Assembly (NCBI GenBank): GCA_030390025.1
Contig: CM059431.1
Coordinates: 153,452,001 to 153,516,000, forward strand
Direction: 5' to 3'
DNA length: 64,000 nucleotides
Source: Squalus acanthias
Taxonomy: Eukaryota
The position numbers were made by a program, and so were the translations under genes. The notes beneath the pieces are model-generated. The model was given only the letters and a program-made list of their open reading frames with translations. It did no database searches and was not told the DNA's origin. Of the stretch, positions 1-10,500 are shown in pieces (within the stretch, counting starts at the first letter, position 1; every line of letters starts with the position of its first letter).

Positions 1-590
1 CGGCTTACCACATATTGTGCAGATAGAGCTTAGGTTTACTTGTCCTTGGGGAGCAATGTGTGGTTGCTGGGTTTGGCTTACTGGACCAGTAAGCATTGCC
101 CCACCAGCATTTAGATATGATTGAGCTAGTGCCTGTCGACATTGATTATAATGGATTCTAAGCTGTCTATATTTTTCTTGAAGATTCTGCTCATTTATTT
201 CATCATGAACTTCCACTTCAACCGGAATCCATGTCCCCCGGGAGCTTAGGCAGCTCCTGGTCCTACTTTTCTGCCATGGTTGCCACCACCATGTTTGGCA
301 CCATTCATTAGCCCTCCCAATTGTGCATTTGTGCACGTTATCATTAAGGAATTCAGTGGATTTGGAATATCTGTTTCAATATCCTACTGGATATTCTGTA
401 TCAACTGATTCTGGGGATCAACATCAATCGTGCCATGAGTTCTAACTGCTCCATCGGCTTCACAGTCTCCTATTTCAAAAACTATCACTTGGTTTTGTGA
501 AGGTAAAGGAATAGAATTATTTCCCCTAATAATGCAATCGTTTGAATTTCCTAATAAAAAGTATTGGCCAATTACGACAGGGTTTGCCAT
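1..590 (-). pseudogene. gag: Decayed gag 5' region of an endogenous foamy (spuma)-like retrovirus; runs off the left edge of the window
   Basis: Minus-strand translation from ATG 590, through a TAG at 384-386 and a stop/frameshift near 240-250: ...IIRGNNSIPLPSQNQVIVFEI...DPQNQLIQNIQ*DIETDIPNPLNSLMITCTNAQL...EINEQNLQEKYRQLRIHYNQCRQALAQ...VNLSSICTICGKP. It is colinear with recalled prototype foamy virus Gag blocks ILRDRNIPRNPLHGEVIGLRL, DDDNEPLQRPRYEVIQRAVNPHTMFMISGPLAEL, the coiled coil, and IPIQHIRSVTGEPP. Confidence 0.7.
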
Positions 591-600
591 TTCTTAAGGA

Positions 601-741
601 CCTAATCTCGGTTAGGTTTTAACATGAAATGTATAAGAAATTTCTCGTCCTCAATGGTATATTGAGGGCGTTCTGATTTAAGTTGTACATGGCCTGATCA
701 GGGACTTGCTGTCTCTAGAGACTTAAGTCTGGGTCATATTA
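601..741 (-). promoter_or_regulatory. Putative retroviral leader (dimerisation/packaging region) upstream of gag, truncated by the Penelope-like element
   Basis: Perfect palindromes AGAAATTTCT (636-645), CCTGATCAGG (693-702), GTCTCTAGAGAC (711-722) and AGACTTAAGTCT (719-730), plus hairpin CCTCAAT-ggtat-ATTGAGG (649-667), directly 5' of the gag ATG. Confidence 0.45.
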
Positions 742-798
742 CCACAAAATTGAGAGGTCGCACAACACCAGGTTATAGTCCAACAGTTTTATTTGAAA

Positions 799-836
799 TC
801 ACAAGCTTTCGGAGCTATCGCTCCTTCCTCAGGTGA
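799..836 (-). ncRNA. Minimal type I hammerhead ribozyme in the inverted pLTR
   Basis: Minus strand: UCAC-CUGAGGA-A-GGAGC gaua GCUCC-GAAA-GCUU-GUGA; intact CUGANGA/GAAA core, stems I and II, palindromic AAGCUU in place of stem III. Confidence 0.8.
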
Positions 837-1447
837 AGTAAATTGGATACAGAATCGCCAGAGCATATATAGATGGAAAACAAAGCATGTGTACTTTACA
901 ATTGCAGACCAATAAATTAAATCATCCGGACTATCTGCCGAGGTGTGATAAAGTTAATTAAGTCAGCCAGGAAGGTACCACATCAAAAGACATAGCAAGA
1001 TACAACTGAGACAATGAGGTGTAGTCGCAGGGGTTCTAACGTGTCAAAAGCTGCCGTCTGTATGTAAAACGAAAAGCTTTAAAAAAAATTACTTTTTCAC
1101 CCGGGATCTTGGGTTTATGTCACGATACATGACGTGATCCGGACTCGAGTCGTCGTTGGCTTGTTCACAGATGTGATTCCCAGTAAAAAAGTAAAAATTT
1201 TAAAGTTAATCGTTTTACATACAGACGGCAGCTTTTGGCACGTTAGACCCCATGCGACTCCACCTCATTGTCTCAGTTGTATCTTGCTATGTCTTTGATG
1301 TGGTACCTTCCTGGCTGACCTGATTAACTTTATCACACCTCGGCAGATAAACAGTCAGGATGATTGAATTTATTTGTCTGCAATTGTAAGTTACACATGC
1401 ATTGTTCTCTATCTATATATGCTTTGACGATTCTGTATCTCCTCACT

Positions 1448-1485
1448 TCACCCGACGAAGGAGTTGTAACTCCGAAAGCTTGGGA
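1448..1485 (+). ncRNA. Hammerhead ribozyme motif in the 5' pLTR (core variant, probably impaired)
   Basis: UCAC-CCGACGA-A-GGAGUU gu AACUCC-GAAA-GCUU-GGGA; U4 to C change in the core and one stem I mismatch. Confidence 0.7.
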
Positions 1486-1572
1486 TTTAAAATAAAACTG
1501 TTGGACTATAACCTGGTGTTGTGCGACCTCTCAATTTTGTCCACCCCAGTCCAACACCGGCATCTCCGCATC

Positions 1573-4250
1573 ATGACCACTATCGACACCACAAACTGCC
1601 GGCTCAAAGTGGAGAGAATCGCCAAGAAGATCGCGCATATCGACACCGACATCAAGTATCTACAAAGATGCAAGAAAGCAGACAAGAGCCCGAAAGGACT
1701 ACAGATCACGAACCCACTCAAGTCGACATACAACAGAGACTACGCTGAGAGACTCTGTCGTCGTACCTCTCGCACACTCCTCAACAATCTCGTACACCAG
1801 CTCTACAGCAAAAGCCACAACCTCGAAACCAAGATAGAGTCCATGCTCTCAGCCTGTGCTCAGGACACAGCAGACCAGTTACGAGACACCGCCAAACAGA
1901 CGAGGCAACGGAACTACGCTGCCTACATGCGCATCAAAAACAGGAAGCTTGAGAAACTCGGCATCACCACCAGCAGCAACCAAGCCTCCCCCGGTACCAC
2001 GGCTGCAACCACAGGGAAGTCCATCGTCAATTTGTCCGACCATACCCTTCAACCAGACGAAATCGAAGTTCTCGCCCTAGGGCTCAAGTTCTGCCCAACC
2101 ACCAAAATGGACCCCATCGGTCTCGCGGCAGACACGGAGGAATTCATCAGGAGAATGAGGCTCCGGGAATACTTCCACAAATCCCAAGATGTCAGCAACA
2201 AACCCAATGAGACAATCAATGATCCAGAACAGCAGACAGAGGGACACGCAGTGCAGCAAACGAAGAAAAAAGAGTCAAACTGGACCCCTCCGGAGGGTCG
2301 CTGCCCCAAGCTGGACATGTATGCTCACGCTGTCAGGAGATGCATCAACGCCAGATTCATCAGCCGCACTCACAAGACAGTCCAGAATGTCACCCGAGCA
2401 CAACGCAACGCCATCCACGCTCTCAAGACCAAGCGCAACATTGTCATCAAACCAGCGGACAAAGGAGGAGCCATCGTCATACAGAACAGAATGAACTATT
2501 GTACAGAAGCATACCGACAACTGGACAACCAGGAACACTACAGACAGCTACCCGCAGATCAGACCAAAGAACACACCCGCCAACTCAATAGACTGATCAA
2601 GACCTTCGATCCAGACCTTCAAAACATCCTAGCGCTCTCATCCCACGTACTCCCCGCGTGGGAGACTTCTACTGCCTCCCAAAGATACACAAAGCCAACA
2701 CACCCGGACGTCCTATCGTATCAGGCAACGGAACCCTGTGTGAGAACCTCTCTGGATACGTCGAGGGCATTCTGAAACCCATCGTACAGGGAACCCCCAG
2801 CTTCTGTCGCGACACTACAGACTTCTTACAGAAACTCAGCACCCACGGACCAGTTGAACCAGGAACACTCCTCACCACGATGGACGTATCGGCACTCTAC
2901 ACCAGTATCCCCCACGATGACGGCATCGCTGCGACAGCCTCAGTACTCAACACCAACAACAGCCAATCTCCAGACGCCATCCTACAACTCATCCACTTCA
3001 TCCTTGACCACAATGTCTTCACCTTCGACAACCATTTTTTTACCCAAACACACGGAACAGGCATGGGGACCAAATTCGCACCCCAATACGCCAACATCTT
3101 CATGCACAAGTTCGAGCAAGACTTCTTCACTGCACAGGACCTCCAGCCAACGCTGTACACCAGATACATCGACGACATTTTCTTCCTTTGGACCCATGGC
3201 GAAGGATCACTGAAAAGACTACACGATAACATAAACAAGTTCTATCCCACCATCAAACTCACCATGGACTACTCCTCAGAATCAGTTTCATTCCTGGACA
3301 CACGAATCTCCATCAAAGACGGACACCTCAGCACTTCACTCTACCGCAAGCCCACGGACAACCTCACGATGCTCCACTTCTCCAGCTTCCACCCTAACCA
3401 CGTTGAAGAAGCCATCCCCTATGGACAAGCCCTGCGAATACACCGGATCTGCTCAGACGAGGAGGAACGCGATGGACACCTACGGACGCTGAAAAACGCC
3501 CTCGTAAGAACGGGATATGACGCTCGACTCATCGATCGACAGTTCCGACGGGCCACAGCGAAAAATCGCATAGACCTCCTCAGAAGGCAAACACGGGACA
3601 CAACCAACAGGGTACCCTACGTCGTCCAGTACTTCCTCGGAGCGGAGAAACTACGCCATGTTCTTCGCAGCCTTCAACATATCATCGATGACGACAAACA
3701 CCTCGCTAAGGCCATCCCCACGCCTCCACTACTTGCCTTCAAACAGCCGCCTAACCTCAGAAGTACCATTGTTCGCAGCAAATTACCAAGCTTTCAGGAT
3801 AACAGCGACCACGACACCACAGAACCCTGCATTGGCAAACTCTGCAAGACATGCCAGATCATCAACACAGATACCATCATCACACGTGAGGACACTACCC
3901 ACCAGGTATATGGTACATACTCATGTGACTCGGCCAACGTTGTCTACCTCATACGTTGCAGGAAATAATGCACCGCGGCATGGTACATCGGCGAGACCAT
4001 GCAGACACTGAGACAACGTATGAACGAGCACCGTGCAACAATCGCCAGGCAGGATTGTTACCTCCCAGTCGGGGAACACTTCAGCAGTCAAGGACATTCA
4101 GCCTCGGATCTGCGGGTAAGCGTTCTCCAAGGCGGCCTTAGGAAAACACGACAACGCAAAATCATCGAGCAGAAACTGATAGCCACGTTCCGCACTCATG
4201 AAGACGGTCTCAACCGGGATCTTGGGTTTATGTCACGATACATGACGTGA
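1573..4250 (+). pseudogene. PLE polyprotein (RT + Cys-rich linker + GIY-YIG endonuclease) with two frameshifts
   Basis: ORFs 1402-2775, 2658-3968 and 3999-4250 join. Motifs: IKPADKGGAIVI, PKIHK..PGRPIVS, MDVSALYTSIP, GTGMGTKFAP, RYIDDIF, PCxxxxCxxC, NVVYLIRC..WYIGET, RMNEH, GLN. Frameshifts near 2630 and 3965. Confidence 0.93.
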
Positions 4251-6080
4251 TCCGGACTCGAGTCGTCGTTGGCTTGTTCACAGATGTGATTCCCATGCGA
4301 CTCCACCTCATTGTCTAAGTTGTATCTTGCTATGTCTTTGATGTGTTACCTTCCTGGCTGACCTGATTAACTTTATCACACCTTGGCAGATAAACAGTCA
4401 GGATGATTGAATTTAGTTGTCTGCAATTGTAAGTTACACATGCATTGTTCTCCATCAGGGACACGTTTTAAAGAGTGTGTTTCAGCATGAGGGACGCCTT
4501 TGAAATAGAGAGCATCGCCATCAGGGGCCCCTTAAAAGAGGGAGTATCCCCGTCAGGTATCCCTATTAAAACGTGAGTCTTTCCATAAGGGACCCCTTCA
4601 AAGAATAAGTGTCAATATCAGGGAACCCGTATAATGAGGAAGTTTCACCATCAGTGACCCCTTTTAAAAAGTGAGTCACACGATCAGGAATCAATTTTAA
4701 AAAGAGAGCCTTTCTATCAGTGTCCCTTTTAAAGAGGTAGTCTCACCATCAGGGACCCCTTATAAAGAGAGAGTCGCAACATCAGAGATCCCTTTTAAAG
4801 AGTGAGTCTTTCTAACAGGTAGCCATTTTAAAGAGGGAGTCTCACCATCAGTGACTTTTTTTAAGAGGAAGTCTCAACATCAGGGACCTTTTAACGAGAG
4901 AGTCTCACAATCAGGGATCTCTCTTAAAGATAGTGTCTCACGCTCAGTGACCGTGTTAAAGAGGCAGCCCTTATATCAGGCAGCCTTTTTAAAGAATGAG
5001 TCTCACCATTTGGGTTCCCAGTAAAAGAGTGAGTCTCACCATCAGGGATACCTTTTAAAGAGGGAGTCTTTCTATCAGGGAACCTTTTAAAGAGGCAGAT
5101 TCACTATCAGGGAACCCTTTTAAAGAGGATGTTTCAGCATCAGGGACTCCTATTAGAGAGGAAGTCTCACCATCGGGGAACCCTTTTAAAGAGGAAGTCT
5201 CACTATCAGCGATCCCTTTTAAAGAGGACTTCTCCCCATCAGATACCACTTTTAAATAGATAGTCTCACCATCTGGGGCCCCTTTTAAAGAGGGGGTATC
5301 CCTGTCAGGAACCCCTTTTAATGAGAGAATCGCTCCACCAGGGACCTCTTTTATAAAGAGCGTCTAGCATTCAGGGATCACTTTTAAAGTGAGACTCTCA
5401 CCGTCAGAGACCCTTTTAAAGAGGGAGTCTTTCTATAAGGGAGCCCTTTTAAAGAGTGAGTCTCACCGTCTGTGAAAATTTTAAAGTGAGTCTTTCTATC
5501 AGGGAGCCCTTTTAAAGAGGGAGTCTCACTATCAGAGACCCTTTTAAAGAGGGAGTCTTTCTATCAGGCAGCACTTTTAAAGTAAGACTCTCAACCTCAG
5601 GGAAGCCTTTTAAAGAGGGAGCGTCACAATCAGTAACACCTTTTAAACAGGGAGTTTCACCATCAGGGACCACTTTCAAAGAGAGATAATTTCAGTTAGG
5701 GTCTCCTTTTAAAGTTGGAGTCTTACCCTCGGGGATCCATCTTAAAGAGAGTGTCTTACTATCAGGGACCCATTTTAAAGAGGGCGTCTCCCCATTAGCG
5801 ACACATTTTAAAGAGGCAGTCTCACCATCTGGGACTCCTATTGAAGAGGGAGTCTCACCTCCAGGGACCCCTTTAAAAGAGGAAGTCTCACAATCAGCGA
5901 CCGCTTTTAAAGAGAGAGTCTCCCCATCAGGGACCCCTTTTAAAGAGAGAGACTCGCCATCAGGTCCACTTTTAAAGAGGGAGTATCACCTTCAGGGACC
6001 CGTTTTAATGACAGGATCTCTCCACCAGGGACCCTTTTTAAAGAGGAATTATCTGCATCAGCGAACCATTGTAAAGGGGG

Positions 6081-7534
6081 TGTAAAGGATTGAGACATAT
6101 TTCCGAAAAATACACCACTCTATGAACAGAATTCTGATTTTATTAAAATAGGACAAACTGGGTTTAAAAATCTAAAAGCCTGAATGACACAAAGCTGTAA
6201 ATACAGGCTTCTGAGATAAGATGAGTAACAAACCTGGAAGCACCGTACAAGCTTATGAAATAGGAATTGGTTATTGACAATGAGACAATGGCCTCATTGA
6301 ATCAGAGGATTGTAGTTTCCAAGAAGTCTGCAGTTTGGAACCAATACAATAGCTATACCCAGTTTAACGTGTTATAAACTAACACTTCGAACAGAAACAC
6401 AGAACATTAAAAAAACATGTGTCTTTGTAAAAGAAACATCAAATGAAAGACAGGTAACATAAGTTTGTAATATAACCAATTAAGATGGCTGGTGAAACAA
6501 TCAAGTACTCGATTGAAGTGCTTTGATTTACATATTGTAAAAGGTAAAAACAGAAGACTTGGTAAATATTACATCAATAGATGCATCAAGTAATCACACG
6601 GTTTATGTGTTGAAAAAGGAACACAAGGAGATGCAAAGTCTGGAATTCAAGCAGTTAAAGTAATTTAAGAAATCAACAGGAGACCTTCGTAAGAATGGCA
6701 TTAAATTGATACAACTGACATAACCATTTTGTATGATAACTTTCGAACACCTAAAGATAGAGACAGAATTCTGCAAGTTAGCAGCTGAATTGACAGTAAG
6801 AATAGAAAGAAGTCAACAGAAAGATGACTGGAGATAATTAGCTTACATCAGAAGAAATGTTCAAAGAATATACCACTGCAAAAAAGGGCATAAAATATAG
6901 TGCTTTCAGATAGGAAGTTAGAAGTCGCTGGAAGCAGCAAAGTGATTCTCAACTTCAGAGGCAGTCTCTGTAACTTTTTATCTTTTTGAGTCTCTGGGAT
7001 CAAAATTAACTTTTATTTGAATTTGAAGGATATTCTGGATTATAAATATGTACGAATTTGGAAATGTAACGAAGTTAAGATTTGAGAATAAGGATCTCTG
7101 ATAAGAAATGTAAGTCATTTGATGTTTTAACTTTTAAAGTTGCGATTGAAAGCACCAACGGTTAAGTTTATGCCAGCTCTTTAATAAATCTAAATATTTT
7201 TAGAATTGTCTCACAGAGTACTTCTGTATCAATCTCGAGAACTCAATTTCTGAACGCTTTTTTGTGAGGAGTAGCAGAATTCTGTGGTGTTTTCCGGACC
7301 CTCATAATATCCAGATCTTTACAGTCTATTTAAACTTATTAAAAGTGCTATCTGGAGGACGGTAACGTCTTCAAGTCGGTCCTTTCCTTTAGGGAGAGAT
7401 AGTTTGAACCTGTAGACACAATTAAGCATCTCTCGGATTCGGCTATCTCTAACTGTAGTTGAAGGTGAACGTCTGGGCATTACGCCTTATCTGGGGTAGC
7501 CCGAAAAGTGCTACGACTGGTAATTATCGCTTCA
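6081..7534 (+). mobile_element. Solo LTR (1454 bp), foamy-like ERV candidate
   Basis: AT-rich insert in the satellite with TG...CA ends (TGTAAAGGAT...TTATCGCTTCA), TATA-like CATAAAA at 6889, donor-like GTAACT at 6970 and AATAAA at 7183. Homologous at both ends to 22660-28760 (minus). No perfect TSD (GGGG vs AGGG). Confidence 0.85.
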
Positions 7535-10500
7535 AGGGATCCCTTTAATAGAGTGAGTCTTACCATCAAGATTCACTTTTAAAGAGGAAGTCTCACCATC
7601 AGGGGCACCTTTTATAGAGAGTCTTTCCATCAGGGACCCCGGTTAAAGATGCAGACTCACCCTCGGGGACCCGTTTAAAGAGAGAGTCATTCTGTCTGGG
7701 TCCTTTTACAGAGTGGGTCTTTCTATCAGGGACCCATTTCAAAGTGAGCGTCTCCCCATTAGGGACAGCTTTTAAGAAGGGAGTCTCACCATCAGGGAGC
7801 CCTTTTAAAGAGCAAGTCTCACTATCAGCGATCTCCTTTAAAGAGGGAGTCTCCGCATCAGGGAATTATTTTAAAGAGGGAGTATCCCAGTCAGGGACGC
7901 ATTTAATGAGAGAATAACTGCACGAGGAACCTCTTTTAAAGGGGGTGACTCACCATCAGGGACACCTGTTAAAGAGAGACTCTAACCATCAGAGACAAGT
8001 TTAAAGAGGGATTCCTTTTGTCGGTGAGCCCTGTTAAAGGGGGAGTCTCAACATCAGATAACTTTTTAAAATAGGAGTCTTCGATCAGGGAGCCATTTTA
8101 AAGAGGGAGGCTCACCATCAGGGATCTCTTTTAAAGTGAGAGCATCGACATCAGGGACCCCTTTTAAAAAGGTAGTCTCACAATTAGGGACCCATTTTAA
8201 AGAGAGTGCTTCAGCAGCAGCGACCGTTTTAAAGAGACAGTCTCACCATCAGGGTCCGCTTTTAAAGAGAGTTACTTTCTATCAGGGACCCCTTTTAAAG
8301 ATGGAGGCTTTCTAACAGAGACCCCTTTTAATGTGAGAGTCTCCCCATTAGGGACACATTTAAAGAGGCAGTCTCATAAAAAGGGACCCACTTTAAAGAG
8401 GGTGTTTCAGCATCAGGGACTCCTATTAAAGAAGCAGTCTCACCATCAGATACCCTTTTTAAAGAAAGAGTGTGTCTATCATAAGCCCTTTTAAAGAGAC
8501 TCTCCCCATTAGGGATGCATTTTAAAGAAGATGTCGCACCATCAGGGATCTCTTTTAAATGGTGAGTATTTCTATCAGGGACCTTTTTTAAATTGGGCAT
8601 CTTTTTATAATAGACCCCATAGAGAGACAGTTTCTCCATTAGGGACCCCTTTTAAAGAGGGATTCACTCCATCAGGGACTCCTTTTAACGAGAGAGACAC
8701 TCCATCAGGGACAACTTTTAATGAGATAGTCTCCCCATATGGGAACCCTTTTAAGGAAGAAGTCTCACCATCAGAGTCCCCTTTTAAAGAGAGGCTCTCA
8801 CCATCAGGGACCACGTTTAAAGAGGGTGTCACACCATTAGGGACCTTTTTAAAGAGAGAGACTTTCCATCGGGGACCCCTTTTAAAGAGGGTGTCTGACC
8901 ATCAGGGACACATTTTAAAGAGAGAATCTTTCTATCAAGGACCCCTTTTGAAGAGTTCGTTTTCCATCAGGGACCCCAAAAAGTGAGATTCTCCACATGA
9001 GGGACATTATTAACATCAGCGAGCCCTTTTGAAGAGCATATTTCTGAATTAGGGACTCCGATTAAGGAGGGATTCTCAACATCAGGGACGACATTTAAAG
9101 ATGGAGTGTCTCCGCCAGGTTCTCTTTTTAAAGAGGGTGTCTGCCCATCAAGGAACCCTTTTAAAAAGGGCGTCTACCCAACAAGGACCCCTTTTCAAGA
9201 CAGTATCACCATCAGGGTCACCCTTTTAATGATGGTGTCTCACCATCAGGAACCACTTTTAAAGAGAGCATCTCACCATCAGAGACCCTTTTAAAGATGG
9301 TGTCTTTCTTTCAAGGACCTTTTTTAAAGATAGAGTCTCCCCATTAGGGATCCCTTTTAAAGAAGATGTCTCACCATCAGAGACCCTTTTAAAGAGGGAG
9401 TCTTTCTATCAGGTAGCCATGTTAAAGTGAGTCTTACAATCAGCGACTCCTTTTAAAGAGTGAGTCTCAACATCAGGGACCAATTTTAAAGAGAGAGTCT
9501 TTCTATCAGGGACCCCTTTTAAAGAGGACGTCTTTCTATCAGGGATCCCGTAGAGAGCGAGTCTCACCATTAGGGACACATTTTAAAGAGGCAGTCTCAC
9601 CATATGGGACCCTTTTAAAGAGGGAGTCTCACCATATGGGACCCTTTTAAAGAGGGAGTCTCACCAACAGGGACTCATATTAAAGAGGAAGTCTCACGAT
9701 CAGGGACCCATTTTAAAGAGGCTGTGTCACAATCAGGGACCCCTTTTAAAGAGGGTGTTTCAGCATCAGGGATTCCTATTAAAGAGGGAGTCTCACCATA
9801 TGGGATCCTTTTAAAGAGGGAGTCTCACCATCAGGGACTCATTTTAAAGAGGAAGTCTCACGATCAGGGACCCATTTTAAAGAGAGAATCACCCCAGAAG
9901 AGAACCCTTTTAAAGAACAAGTCTCACCGTCACAGATCCCTTTTAAAGAGGGAGTCTCAACATAAAGGACACCTTTTAAAGAGGGTGTCTAAACATCGGG
10001 GACCCCTTTTAAACGAGAGAGTCTGCCCATTACGGATCCCTTTTAATGAAGAAATGTCACCATCAGAGTCCCCTTTTAAAGAGAGGGTCTCTCCACGAGG
10101 GAACCGTTTTAAAGATGCAGTTTCACCATCAGGGACCCCTTTTAAAGATGAAGTCTCGCCATCAGTGGCCGATTTTAAAGAAAGAGTCTTTCTATCATGG
10201 ATCCCTTTTAAAAAAGCGTTTTTCTATCAGGGAATGCAGAAAGAGAGAGTCTCCCCATTAGGGACACTTTTAAAGAATCTGTCTCACCTTTGGAGACCCC
10301 TTTTTAAGAGGGTGTTTCAGCATGAGGGACTCCGATTAAAGAGGAAGTCTCACTATCAGGGACTCCTTTTAAAGAGGAAATCTCACCATCAGGGACCCCT
10401 TTTAAAGAGGGAATCTCACCACTTGGACCCCTTTTAAAGAGAATGTCTTTCTATTAGTGATTAATTTTAAAGAGGGAGACTCAACATCAGGAAACACTTT

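Larger units (their letters stand above)
742..4452 (+). mobile_element. Penelope-like retroelement (Neptune-type): inverted pLTR + 5' pLTR + ORF + truncated 3' pLTR
   Basis: About 1100-1410 is repeated directly at about 4214-4452, and about 744-1098 is an inverted copy of about 1185-1540. The ORF encodes RT and GIY-YIG. This is typical PLE pLTR organisation. Confidence 0.93.

Noticed and set aside
1183..1252. 70-bp segment absent from the 3' pLTR as a possible spliced intron
   Set aside because: It starts with GT but does not end in AG; it is bounded by CCCA direct repeats, which fits microhomology deletion.
1402..1572. N-terminal extension of the PLE ORF in the track
   Set aside because: Begins at a non-ATG codon and runs through the pLTR and ribozyme; ATG 1573 is the plausible start.
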